From an uncultured Thermoanaerobaculia bacterium (GTDB lineage: Bacteria; Acidobacteriota; Thermoanaerobaculia; Thermoanaerobaculales; Sulfomarinibacteraceae): a DNA stretch of 64,000 bases. The DNA lies in contig CAZKGM010000015.1 in NCBI GenBank assembly GCA_964552395.1, positions 2,853 through 66,852 on the forward strand. The letters run 5' to 3'. The number at the start of each line of letters is the position of its first letter. Within the stretch, counting starts at the first letter, position 1. A program made the position numbers and the translations under genes. The notes beneath the pieces are model-generated. The model saw only the letters and a program-made list of their open reading frames with translations, was not told where the DNA came from and did no database searches. Of this stretch, positions 33,797-42,686 are shown in pieces.

Positions 33797-35683
33797 GTGA
33801 AGCACTTTCTACGCGTTCTGTGGGTGGCCCGACGCCACGCAGCGTGGGTGCTGCTGGTGGTCGTGAGCATGGCGATGGTGGCCTGTGCAACCGTGTTCGC
33901 ACTCAACCTGATCCGCCCGATCTATGACAGCCTGCTGAGCCCGGGTAGCGCGTCGCCGGTCGCCGGCGCGGCCGTCACGCCGAAGCCGTTCCTGGTCAGC
34001 TGGCTCGACTCCGTCTCGCTGCAGGCCCAGGGCTGGATCCAGGGTCGCCTCGGCACCGGCCGTTCGACCCTGCTACTGCTGGTGCTGGTTGCGATCGTGG
34101 TCAAGAATGTGTTCACCTTCCTGGCTCGCTACTCAGTGGCCCAGCTGGGATTGGCCACGGTCAGGGATCTCCGCAATCTGGTCTTCGACGCCGTCCTCCG
34201 CCAGAGCCCACGTTACTTCCACGACATTTCGTCGGGCATGCTGATGGCCCGCGTGGTCAACGATGTCCGCCTGGTCCAGGAGGCGCTCGCGGAGCGCTTT
34301 GGCGACCTGCTGCAGAGCTCGGTGACGCTGATCGCGATCCTCGCCTACCTGTTCTCGCTGAACCTGCACCTGTCCCTGGTCGTGCTCCTCCTGGCACCGG
34401 CGCTGCTGGCCCCGGTGGTCTACTTCGCCCGCCGACTTCGGCGGCGTTCCTGGCAGTCGCAGGAACGGATGGGCGATCTCACCACTGTCCTCGACGAGGC
34501 GGTGCAGGGCATGACGGTGATCCAGGCGTTCGGCATGGAGAAGTTCGAAGCGAAACGATTCAGAAACGCGACCTATCGCCACTTCTGGGCCAACTTGCGG
34601 GCGCGGGCGATCCAGATCGCCAACGCGCCGGTAATGGAGATCGTGGGCGCCCTGGGAGCGCTGGCCCTGATCGCCTACGCGTCGTCCAGGATCGCCAGCG
34701 GCGCCATGACGTTGGGAGACTTCTCGGCCTTCCTGCTCGGCCTCTGGGCTGCCTACGCTCCGGTCAAGAACCTGAACCAGTTCAACCTGGCGCTGCAGCA
34801 GGCTGTGGTGGCGTCGCAGCGGATCTTCGAGGTGATCGACGAGCCGGTCGACATCCTCGACCTGCCAGAAGCGGTCACCGTGGAAGGAATCGGAGACGGC
34901 GTCGAGCTGGACAGGGTGTGGTTCGCCTACGAGGCGGGAACGTGGGTTCTCTCCGATCTCAGCATCTCCGTTCCGGCCGGCCGCACCGTCGCCCTCGTGG
35001 GCCCGTCCGGCGCCGGCAAGAGCACCGTCGCGCAGCTCATTCCCAGGTTCTGGGACGTGCAGCGGGGCGCGGTTCGCGTCGCGGGACGCGACGTACGCGA
35101 GGCGACTCTCGCCAGCCTGCGCGGCCTCATCGGCCTCGTCACCCAGGACACGATCCTGTTCAACGACACGGTCCGGGCCAACATCGCCTTCGGTCGCGAC
35201 GACGCTCCCCAGGATCGCCTCGAGGCCGCTGCGCGGGCCGCCTTCGCGCACGAGTTCATCGTCAAGCTGCCGGACGGTTACGACACTGCGGTCGGTGAGA
35301 GCGGCCTCAACCTGTCGGGCGGACAGCGCCAGCGGTTGGCGATCGCCCGCGCCCTGTTCAAGGACCCACCAATCCTGATCCTCGACGAGGCAACGTCGTC
35401 GCTGGACGCCGAAGCCGAGAGGCTCGTCCAGGAAGCCCTCGAGAACCTCATGAAGGGGCGAACGACTCTGGTTATCGCGCACCGCCTGTCCACGGTCAGG
35501 AACGCCGATGCGATCCTCGTCCTGCAGCGGGGCCGGGTCGTGGAGCAGGGGACGTTTCAGGAGCTCCTGGCGGCGGATGGCGTGTTCGCCCACCTGGTCT
35601 CGATGCACGAGTTGGCGGGCGGGGGCGACGTACCAGGCCCACCGGCCCCGCCGGAGCAGAATCCGGAGAGTGCCGGTCCATGA
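33797..35683 (+). CDS. fused TMD-NBD ABC exporter (MsbA/lipid A-export-like subfamily)
   Basis: GTG start 4 nt after the asnB stop. Six N-terminal TM helices, Walker A GPSGAGKST, Q-loop, signature LSGGQRQRLAIARAL, Walker B ILILDEATSSLD, H-loop VIAHRL. Confidence 0.9.
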   Translation: MKHFLRVLWVARRHAAWVLLVVVSMAMVACATVFALNLIRPIYDSLLSPGSASPVAGAAVTPKPFLVSWLDSVSLQAQGWIQGRLGTGRSTLLLLVLVAIVVKNVFTFLARYSVAQLGLATVRDLRNLVFDAVLRQSPRYFHDISSGMLMARVVNDVRLVQEALAERFGDLLQSSVTLIAILAYLFSLNLHLSLVVLLLAPALLAPVVYFARRLRRRSWQSQERMGDLTTVLDEAVQGMTVIQAFGMEKFEAKRFRNATYRHFWANLRARAIQIANAPVMEIVGALGALALIAYASSRIASGAMTLGDFSAFLLGLWAAYAPVKNLNQFNLALQQAVVASQRIFEVIDEPVDILDLPEAVTVEGIGDGVELDRVWFAYEAGTWVLSDLSISVPAGRTVALVGPSGAGKSTVAQLIPRFWDVQRGAVRVAGRDVREATLASLRGLIGLVTQDTILFNDTVRANIAFGRDDAPQDRLEAAARAAFAHEFIVKLPDGYDTAVGESGLNLSGGQRQRLAIARALFKDPPILILDEATSSLDAEAERLVQEALENLMKGRTTLVIAHRLSTVRNADAILVLQRGRVVEQGTFQELLAADGVFAHLVSMHELAGGGDVPGPPAPPEQNPESAGP

Positions 35684-36819
35684 CGAAGTTGCAAAGACAC
35701 GCCTCCTCCCCTTTCCTGACGGCCTGCCGCCGCATCACGGCAACACCGGTACGGGCACGTCCGGCGCGGGTCGCCGGGCTCGCCTCTACTCTCGGTATCG
35801 TCGTCCTCGCCGTCGGCTGCGGCAGCGGGCCCGGGACGCCGCGGCAGCCGGCGCCCGCCGTCACTACCGTGCGTGCCGCTGCGCGGCGGGTGGAGGTCGG
35901 GCTGCCCTTCACAGGTCTCGTCCAGCCGGCCCACGCCGTCCGCCTGGTAGCGCTCGTGGAGGGCCGCGTGACCCGGGTGGCGGTGGCGGACGGCGGGGAG
36001 GTGGCTGCGGGACGGCTCCTGCTGACCCTGGGCGGGCCCCAGGTCGAGGCTCGGCGGCAGGCGCTCGCGGCCGCTGCCGACAGCGCACGGCAGCAGGTCG
36101 CAGCGACTGCGACACGCCTCGCGCAGGCACAACGTCGAGCGCAGTCCCATCTCGCCGGCCCCGGTGAGCTCACCCGGGCGGAGCGGGATGCTGCGGCGAG
36201 TCGGGCCAGCCTGGCCGATGCACATGGGGCGCTCGCACAGCTTGACTCGGCGCTCCAGGTCACCGCACCGGTCTCCGGACGGTTCACGAACCGCCAGGTC
36301 AGCCCGGGACAGGACGTCGCGCCCGGCGACCCGCTGGCCGAAATCCTCGAGCCGGGCTCGCTGCGTGTTACGGCCGAGGTCATGCCCAGGTCGAGCCTCG
36401 AGCTCGGCAAGGGGCAGGCGGCCGAGATCGACCGCGCCTCCGCAGGGCCGCTCCTCGCCACGGTTGCCGCGGTGCAGCCGACGGTCGGTCCCGGGGGCAC
36501 GGTGCGGGTCTGGCTGACCGGGAAGGCCCTCGATTCCTTGGCGCCGGGGACCGCCGTGCGCGGGCGCATCGTCGCGGCGGTTCACGAGCACGCCGTGACC
36601 GTCCCGGCATCGGCCGTCGTGCGGGACAAGGACGATCGGCCGCTGGTCTTCGTCGGCCATGCCACGCCATTCGAAGAACGCGCCGTGACCACAGGCGAGA
36701 CAGGGCCCGGTTGGATCGAGATCACCAGCGGCCTCGCGGCCGGCGACGAGGTCGTGACGGCGGGCGCCTACGAGCTCTACTGGGCCGGTTTTGCCCAGAC
36801 CTACAAGGTCGAGGACTGA
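35680..36819 (+). CDS. efflux periplasmic adaptor subunit (lipoprotein MFP/HlyD family)
   Basis: The ATG overlaps the ABC stop (ATGA). Lipobox LAVGC, lipoyl motif VADGGEVAAGRLLLTLGG, coiled-coil region, C-terminal beta-barrel. Confidence 0.82.
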   Translation: MTKLQRHASSPFLTACRRITATPVRARPARVAGLASTLGIVVLAVGCGSGPGTPRQPAPAVTTVRAAARRVEVGLPFTGLVQPAHAVRLVALVEGRVTRVAVADGGEVAAGRLLLTLGGPQVEARRQALAAAADSARQQVAATATRLAQAQRRAQSHLAGPGELTRAERDAAASRASLADAHGALAQLDSALQVTAPVSGRFTNRQVSPGQDVAPGDPLAEILEPGSLRVTAEVMPRSSLELGKGQAAEIDRASAGPLLATVAAVQPTVGPGGTVRVWLTGKALDSLAPGTAVRGRIVAAVHEHAVTVPASAVVRDKDDRPLVFVGHATPFEERAVTTGETGPGWIEITSGLAAGDEVVTAGAYELYWAGFAQTYKVED

Positions 36820-36974
36820 TGAAGCCGGGTGCGGCAACGCGGCCAGGTAGTGTGCTCTCCAGGCCCACCCGGCACCGCGCAGTTACCTGGCGGCACCTCC
36901 TCACTTCGTCACCTCCTCACCTCCTTACTTCCTCACCTCTTCACCTCCTCACCTCCTCCCTATGCGCCGCCTGA
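36819..36974 (+). CDS. possible 51-codon bridging/leader ORF spanning the 8-mer repeat (speculative)
   Basis: The ATG overlaps the MFP stop (TGATG, 36817-36821), with GAGGA 3 nt upstream. Translation: MKPGAATRPGSVLSRPTRHRAVTWRHLLTSSPPHLLTSSPLHLLTSSLCAA. The stop TGA at 36972-36974 lies just inside the RND gene that starts at 36962. There is no evidence it is translated. Confidence 0.2.
   Translation: MKPGAATRPGSVLSRPTRHRAVTWRHLLTSSPPHLLTSSPLHLLTSSLCAA
36893..36960 (+). repeat. 8-nt tandem repeat (TCACCTCC)n, about 8 units, immediately upstream of the second RND start codon
   Basis: Units: GCACCTCC TCACTTCG TCACCTCC TCACCTCC TTACTTCC TCACCTCT TCACCTCC TCACCTCC TCCC, then T ATG (36962). The unit equals the anti-SD core (CACCUCC) of the 16S rRNA 3' end. 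Confidence 0.9.
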
Positions 36975-39900
36975 TCGCCCACCTCATCGAGAGGCCGCTC
37001 GAGGCCGGGCTCGGCGCCCTGGTGGTGACGCTCCTCGGCCTGTACGGCGCCGGCCACATGAGCGTCGACCTGTTCCCCAACCTCGACGTGCCGGTGGTGC
37101 AGGTCATCGCCCACGCGCCGGGAACCGCGCCGCAGGACCTGGAGCTCACCGTAACGCGCCCGGTGGAGGACGCCTTGAAGGGAGCCCCCGGCATCCGCCG
37201 CGTCGCCTCGACCACGATGCAGGGCGTGGCCGTGATCACGGTGCAGTTCGCGTGGGGCACCCGGGTTCGCGACGCCAGGCAAATCGTGCTGGGCCGGCTC
37301 GGTGAGATTGGCTCACGGCTCCCGGCCGGCGTCGTCCCCAGGCTCGAGCACATCGGGACCACGCTCGAGGAGGTCGGCGGCTGGGCCATTTGGGGCGCCG
37401 GCAAGCCGGTCGAGATCGGTCCGATCGTGCGCCGCGACCTGGTCGCGCGGCTGATGACGGTGGACGGGGTGTCGCTGGTGGACGTGATCGGCGGCGAGCG
37501 CCTGGCATTCTGGATCGATGTTCAGCCGGAGCGGCTGGCCGCTCTGGGCCTTACCCTAGGCGATCTTGAGAACGCCGTGCGGCGCACCCACGGCGCCGAC
37601 GTCGCCGGCTTTATCGAGCGAGCCAACGAGGATGTCGTGGTCCGGGCCGACTCGCGGCTGCTGACCACCGCCGCCCTGGCGGCGGTACCAGTGGCGCTCA
37701 CCGGCGGCCGCAGCCTGACCCTCGGCCAGATCGCGACCGTACGCGAGGGGCGAGCGCCACGCCACAGTGAAGTGCGGGCGAACGGCGTGCCGGCGATGGC
37801 GGTCTTTGTGCGCAAGCAGCCTGGGGCCAGCACCATCACCGTCGAGCGTGCGGTCGAGGCAGCGCTCGCGAGGGCGCGGACCTTGCTGCCTCCCGGGACT
37901 CACATCGCGAAGTTCTACGACCAGTCCGAGGTCCTGGTCGAGGCGCGGCGCGCCATCGTTCACGACCTGGTGGCCGGAGCGCTGCTCGCGGTGCTCGTGC
38001 TGTGGCTTTTCCTCGGCTCGCCACGGCCGACGATTGCCGTCGCCCTCACGATCCCGCTGTCCCTGCTCGCAACGCTGATCGTCCTGTGGCTCGCCGGCCA
38101 GAGCCTCAACGTGATCACCATGGCCGCGCTCACGCTCGCGGTGGGGATGATTGTGGACGACGCGATCGTCGTGACCGAGAACGTCTTCCGCCACCGCGAG
38201 GCGGGCGAGGAACCCGCCGAGGCCGCCGCCTCGGGGACCGCCGAGATCGTCGCAGCGGACGCCTCGGGAACCTTCACCACGGTCGCCGCCTTCGTACCCC
38301 TGCTGATGGTGGGCGGCCTCGCCGCGGTGTTCCTGCGCCCGTTCGGTCTCACTGTGTCGGCGGCGCTGCTGGCGTCGCTCGTCCTCTCGCTGACGACCGT
38401 TCCGGTCATGCTGGCGCATGGACGCGGCGACGTTCTTCGGCAAGCCCCGGGCCGCCGCGTCCTGCTGCATCTCGAGCAGCGGCTCGACGCCGCACTCGGG
38501 TGGGTGTTCGGTCACCGCCTTCTGACCCTTCTGACGACCGCCGTCCTCGGCCTGCTCATGGTCGCCGCGTTGGCGCTGCGCCACGGCGCGGTCTCCTTGC
38601 TGCCACCGGTCGACGAGGGGGCGTTGCTGGTGGAGTACGTGCTGCCGCCCGGCGTGTCGCTGCGGGAGAGCCTACGGGTCGGTCAGGAGATCGGCCTGCG
38701 CGCCGCAAAGCTGCCCGGCGTGCTTCTGGTGGAGGAGAGGGTCGGCGCGCCGGAGGGTGGCGCCAGCGTCGAGGGCATCAACCGCGGCGAGCTACGGATC
38801 AAGCTTGCTCCCTTGGACTCCGGGCGGCCCTCCGCCGATCAGCTGCTGCAGCGCCTGAGCCAGGCCTCGGCCGACATTCCGGGCGTGATCCTGCAGCTGC
38901 ACCAGCCCACTCAGGAGCGGATGGACGAGGCGTTTTCCGGCCTGCCCACTGTGTTCGGCGTTACCATCTTCGGACCCGACCTGGCTCGGCTCGAGGCCAT
39001 CTCGTTGCGCGTCGAGAAGATTCTCGACGATGATCCGGCGGTCCACAACGTCATTAACAACTCCCGGTTCCACAGGCCGCAGCTCGACGTCCGCATCGAC
39101 GGCGAGCGCTGCGCGGCTGTCGGCGTCGACCCGGCCGACGCGCGCCGGACCGTCGCCGCGGCGCTTTGGGGCGACGAGGTGCTGCGGGTGCTTCGAGACC
39201 GAGAGCAGGTCGGGATCCTGTTGAAGGTTGAGGGTTTCGGGCAAGGGCTCGACGCCATCGGCACCCTCCCGGTTCCGGCCCGCGGAGGAACGGTCGTGCC
39301 GCTGGCAAAGGTAGCGACCCTCACCCTGCACCGGGTCGCCGCCCAGATCGAACGCTTGAACGGCCAGCGCCAGCTGACCCTCCCCGCCGAGGTCGAGGGC
39401 AACCTGCTGGGAGTGGCGCACCGCCTCGACCGCCGCTTCGCCGCCATGAGGCTGCCGACGGGCTACAGCGTGGAGTGCACGGGCCAATACCGGGTCCTGC
39501 TCAAGACCGCACGCGAGCTCGCCTTCGTGCTGCTGTCGGCGGCAGCGGTGATCCTCGCCATCATGACCCTGGAGTTTGGCTCGCTCAAGCAGGCCGTGTG
39601 GATCCTCGCTGTGGTGCCCGTGAGCCTGGGCGGCGGCGCGGCCGGCCTCGCCCTCACCGGCGCCGGTCTCAACGTGGCAGCCGCCATGGGCGCCATCACC
39701 CTGCTCGGCATCGGCGTCAACAACGGCATCGTGCTGCTCGACTTCGCCAACCGCCTGCACAGGGACGGGGCCGAGCCCGCGACCGCGCTGCGCACGGCGG
39801 CCCGCATCCGCCTGCGTCCGATCCTCGCTACCACCCTGACCACGATCGCCGGCCTACTGCCCTCGGCGGTCGGCCTCGGCACCGGTCAGCACGTCTTCCA

Positions 39901-39991
39901 ACCGTTCGCGATCATGGTCATTTGCGGCCTCGCGGTCGGCACCATCGCCACACTGCTCGTCCTGCCGGCAGCGGTGGTCCGCCTCCGCTGA
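36962..39991 (+). CDS. RND efflux permease (AcrB/CusA-like, 12 TM)
   Basis: MRRLIAHLIERPLEAGLGALVVTLLGLYG..., TM4 motif GMIVDDAIVVTENV, two large periplasmic loops, 1009 aa. No purine-rich SD upstream. Confidence 0.92.
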   Translation: MRRLIAHLIERPLEAGLGALVVTLLGLYGAGHMSVDLFPNLDVPVVQVIAHAPGTAPQDLELTVTRPVEDALKGAPGIRRVASTTMQGVAVITVQFAWGTRVRDARQIVLGRLGEIGSRLPAGVVPRLEHIGTTLEEVGGWAIWGAGKPVEIGPIVRRDLVARLMTVDGVSLVDVIGGERLAFWIDVQPERLAALGLTLGDLENAVRRTHGADVAGFIERANEDVVVRADSRLLTTAALAAVPVALTGGRSLTLGQIATVREGRAPRHSEVRANGVPAMAVFVRKQPGASTITVERAVEAALARARTLLPPGTHIAKFYDQSEVLVEARRAIVHDLVAGALLAVLVLWLFLGSPRPTIAVALTIPLSLLATLIVLWLAGQSLNVITMAALTLAVGMIVDDAIVVTENVFRHREAGEEPAEAAASGTAEIVAADASGTFTTVAAFVPLLMVGGLAAVFLRPFGLTVSAALLASLVLSLTTVPVMLAHGRGDVLRQAPGRRVLLHLEQRLDAALGWVFGHRLLTLLTTAVLGLLMVAALALRHGAVSLLPPVDEGALLVEYVLPPGVSLRESLRVGQEIGLRAAKLPGVLLVEERVGAPEGGASVEGINRGELRIKLAPLDSGRPSADQLLQRLSQASADIPGVILQLHQPTQERMDEAFSGLPTVFGVTIFGPDLARLEAISLRVEKILDDDPAVHNVINNSRFHRPQLDVRIDGERCAAVGVDPADARRTVAAALWGDEVLRVLRDREQVGILLKVEGFGQGLDAIGTLPVPARGGTVVPLAKVATLTLHRVAAQIERLNGQRQLTLPAEVEGNLLGVAHRLDRRFAAMRLPTGYSVECTGQYRVLLKTARELAFVLLSAAAVILAIMTLEFGSLKQAVWILAVVPVSLGGGAAGLALTGAGLNVAAAMGAITLLGIGVNNGIVLLDFANRLHRDGAEPATALRTAARIRLRPILATTLTTIAGLLPSAVGLGTGQHVFQPFAIMVICGLAVGTIATLLVLPAAVVRLR

Positions 39992-40619
39992 CCTGCCTCG
40001 GAAAACGCCAGACGCTAGACGTCCCCCCAACCCACCCGGAGAACGCAGGCCCAACGCACTTCAGAGAATGGTGCGCTCAAACGGGCGTGCCGGGCGAGGC
40101 ATTCCCCTGGAGGGCGTGGGGCAGGGCGGCGCCATGGGAGGGGAATGCCGACGCCGGGCTCCCACGGTCCTTGGCGACGGGAGCATCCGCCACACGATTG
40201 AGGGAGGCAGCTCGAGCGGCCTCCGGTGGGCGCCGTGAGGGTGCCGATCCCTTGTCGTGGCCGTGCGACCGCCGGAGACGCGAGACGGCTGGGTGCGGCA
40301 ACACCCAGACGGCCGCCGGGGCTTCGGAGAACCCTCCCCAAGCCTCCTGTGCCCGGTGCCCCCGCCGCCCGCGGCGGGATGGCCGCTCGCCTCCTCCCGC
40401 CCCTCCCCCGTTTCCCACAGCCTCCACAGGTTCGACGACGACGATGTACTCTCACCTATCTTGCCGGTCAGAACCATGACCCATGTACCCGGCCCCTACG
40501 GGGTATGTGTCGGGTGGGGGGTGGTCCACTCCCCGTATGTTGAGGACAGCGAGACGCGAAGAGCACGGCCCTGGCTGGCGTATCGCCCGTCGCAGTAGAT
40601 CGCGAGCGGATGACCCGGG

Positions 40620-41402
40620 CTACACCAGGAGATCGCCGCGGAGGACGGTGACGGCGCGGCCGGAGAGGGCCACGCGCTCCCCAAGGAGGCGAACGTGGAC
40701 GACACCGCCGCGCGCCGATGCCTGGTAGCCGACCAGGTTCTCCCGACCGAGACGCTCGCTCCAGAACGGACCGAGAACACAGTGCGCGGAGCCGGTGACC
40801 GGGTCCTCGGGTATGCCGACCGCCGGGGCGAAGAAGCGCGAGACGAAGTCGAAGCGTTCATCGGCCGAGGCTGCCGTGACGATGACGCCGCGGGCGGTCA
40901 CGCGCAGGAGTGCCGCCATGTCCGGGGCCAGGGAACGGACGACCGCGTCGGACTCGAGCTCGACAAGGAGGTCCTCGACGCTCCCGCCGACCCACCGCGG
41001 GCGAATCCCGAGCGCCTCGGCAAGACCGGCGGGCGGTTCGACTGCCGCGGGCGGCCGGGACGGGAAGTCGAGCTCAATGAGGTCGTCGTCCGGCCGCGCC
41101 CGGAGCTCCCCGCTGCGGGTTCTGTAGCGGATGAGACCGGCCCCTACGAGCCCTTCGCTCCACAGCACGTGCGACGTCGCAAGCGTGGCGTGACCACACA
41201 GCTCGACCTCGACCGCCGGCGTGAACCAGCGCAGCCGGAAGTCGTCGCCCTCGCGATGAACGAAGGCGGTCTCGGAGAGGTTCATCTCCACCGCCACGGC
41301 CTGCATCCAGGCGTCGTCGGCCGGCCCGTCCAGCGGCACGACCGCCGCCGGGTTGCCCGAGAACGGCTCGGCAGTGAACGCGTCGACTTGGTAGACCCTC
41401 AT
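40620..41402 (-). CDS. PhzF-family isomerase
   Basis: MRVYQVDAFTAEPFSGNPAAVVPL...EMNLSETAFV...RWFTPAVEVELCGHATLA: a canonical PhzF N-terminus. Confidence 0.88.
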   Translation of the reverse strand: MRVYQVDAFTAEPFSGNPAAVVPLDGPADDAWMQAVAVEMNLSETAFVHREGDDFRLRWFTPAVEVELCGHATLATSHVLWSEGLVGAGLIRYRTRSGELRARPDDDLIELDFPSRPPAAVEPPAGLAEALGIRPRWVGGSVEDLLVELESDAVVRSLAPDMAALLRVTARGVIVTAASADERFDFVSRFFAPAVGIPEDPVTGSAHCVLGPFWSERLGRENLVGYQASARGGVVHVRLLGERVALSGRAVTVLRGDLLV

Positions 41403-41406
41403 CGCA

Positions 41407-42657
41407 TCATCTTCCGAGGCGCTCCCCGGCGATCGCGGTGAGCGGGGCCTCCGCGGCCCGGACGCCGACCGCGTCCACCGCTTCGGTCAGGATTCGAGCG
41501 AGCCGCCGCACCCCGTCCTCGATCCGCTCCTCCGGCATCGCCGAGAAGTTGAGGCGCAACGTGTTCTCGTGGCCGCCGTTCGGGAAGAACGGCGCACCAG
41601 GCACGAACGCGACGCCGTCTTCCAGTGAGCTCTTGAGGATCTCTCTCGCGTCGATTCCATCGGGGAGCTCGACCCACAGGAACATGCCGCCCTGTGGCCG
41701 GTTGTAGCGGATGCCGGGGGGAAACGACTCGTCCATCGCCCGCAGCATGGCATCGCGCCGCCCGCGGTAGGTGTCGCGGATCCGCTCGATGTCGGCATCG
41801 AGGTTGAACAGCTCGAGGTAAACGGCGATCTGCCGCTGGCACAGGGTCGACGTGTGCAGGTCAACGCCTTGCTTCACCATGACGTACCTCTCGCGCAGCG
41901 CCGGCGAGGCGGCCAGCCAGCCCACCCGCAGACCGGGGCAGAAGGTCTTCGAGAAGGTACCGAGAAACACGACCAGGTTGTGCGTGTCCAGGGTCTTCAG
42001 CGACGGCATCCCGTCGCCTTCGAACCGCAGCTCTCCGTAAGGGCTATCCTCGAGGATTGGGATGCCGCGGCGTGCCATGATCTCGAGGAAGGCGCGCCGG
42101 CGCTCCAGCGACCAGGTGCGGCCGGTCGGGTTTTGGAACTCGGGCACGACGTAGGCCACCTTGATCCGGTCGTTCTCGGCCAGACACCGCTCGAGCTCGT
42201 CGATCACCATGCCGCCGTCGTCGGTCGGCACCTCGACGAAGCGGGGCTGGTACGCCCTCAGGGCGTTGATCGCACCGAGGTAGGTCGGGCTTTCGCACAG
42301 GACGACGTCACCCTCGTCAAGGAACAGCTTGCCCGACAGGTCGAGCCCCTGCTGCGAGCCCGATGTGATGAGGATCTCATCTGCCCGCACGCTGGTACCG
42401 AGGGTCCGGTTCATGCGCTCGGCAATGGCCTCCCGCAGCGGCGGATCCCCCTCGGTGGTCGAGTACTGCAGGGCCCGGTGGCCGTCCCGCGACAGTACCT
42501 CCTCTGTCACCCGTACCATCTGCTCGACCGGAAACAGCTCGGCCGCCGGCAGGCCGCCGGCAAACGAGATCATCCCTGGCCTCTGGGTCAGCTTGAGGAT
42601 CTCGCGGATCTCAGAGGTGCGCATCGACGCCATTCGACCTGCCAGCCGTGTGCTCAT
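41407..42657 (-). CDS. PLP-dependent aminotransferase (class I/II, 2-aminoadipate/LysN-like subgroup)
   Basis: ISFAGGLPAAELFP, SGSQQGLDL, and the PLP-lysine context GTFSKTFCPGLRVGW. Confidence 0.85.
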   Translation of the reverse strand: MSTRLAGRMASMRTSEIREILKLTQRPGMISFAGGLPAAELFPVEQMVRVTEEVLSRDGHRALQYSTTEGDPPLREAIAERMNRTLGTSVRADEILITSGSQQGLDLSGKLFLDEGDVVLCESPTYLGAINALRAYQPRFVEVPTDDGGMVIDELERCLAENDRIKVAYVVPEFQNPTGRTWSLERRRAFLEIMARRGIPILEDSPYGELRFEGDGMPSLKTLDTHNLVVFLGTFSKTFCPGLRVGWLAASPALRERYVMVKQGVDLHTSTLCQRQIAVYLELFNLDADIERIRDTYRGRRDAMLRAMDESFPPGIRYNRPQGGMFLWVELPDGIDAREILKSSLEDGVAFVPGAPFFPNGGHENTLRLNFSAMPEERIEDGVRRLARILTEAVDAVGVRAAEAPLTAIAGERLGR

Positions 42658-42686
42658 GTTATCCCTCCACTCGTGTCATCGGCCGG

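Noticed and set aside
31879-35683. AsnB homologue plus ABC exporter as a lasso-peptide (C + D) biosynthetic cluster.
   Set aside because: The AsnB protein keeps the full glutaminase domain with the Cys2 nucleophile, whereas to my knowledge lasso cyclases have a degenerate N-terminal domain. There is no B-type transglutaminase protease or PqqD-like RRE gene, and I could find no plausible precursor peptide ORF nearby.
36893-36960. The TCACCTCC repeat as a CRISPR array or an rRNA fragment.
   Set aside because: The units are contiguous 8-mers without spacers, so this is not CRISPR. Only the 8-nt anti-SD core matches 16S rRNA, and no flanking rRNA sequence is present.
26253-39991. Calling the two RND systems CzcCBA-type heavy-metal pumps because a Cus/Cop-like two-component system, a CDF and an NRAMP are nearby.
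   Set aside because: The TM4 motifs (IIDDGIVMVEH, IVDDAIVVTEN) look like the generic AcrB/HAE pattern rather than the CzcA-type DFG-D-x3-E motif as I remember it. Substrate class cannot be assigned from sequence by eye.
39992-40619. tRNA, tmRNA, RNase P, SRP RNA or cobalamin/TPP riboswitch in the long non-coding gap. The 7668-8009 gap upstream of the dapA-like gene was checked in the same way.
   Set aside because: I found none of the invariant cores: GGTTCGAATCC-type T-arm, GGAAAGTCCGGGC, the tmRNA tag/ACCA end, the B12 box GCCACTG with AGGGAA, or the TPP CTGAGA...ACCTGA. Only generic GC-rich hairpins are present.
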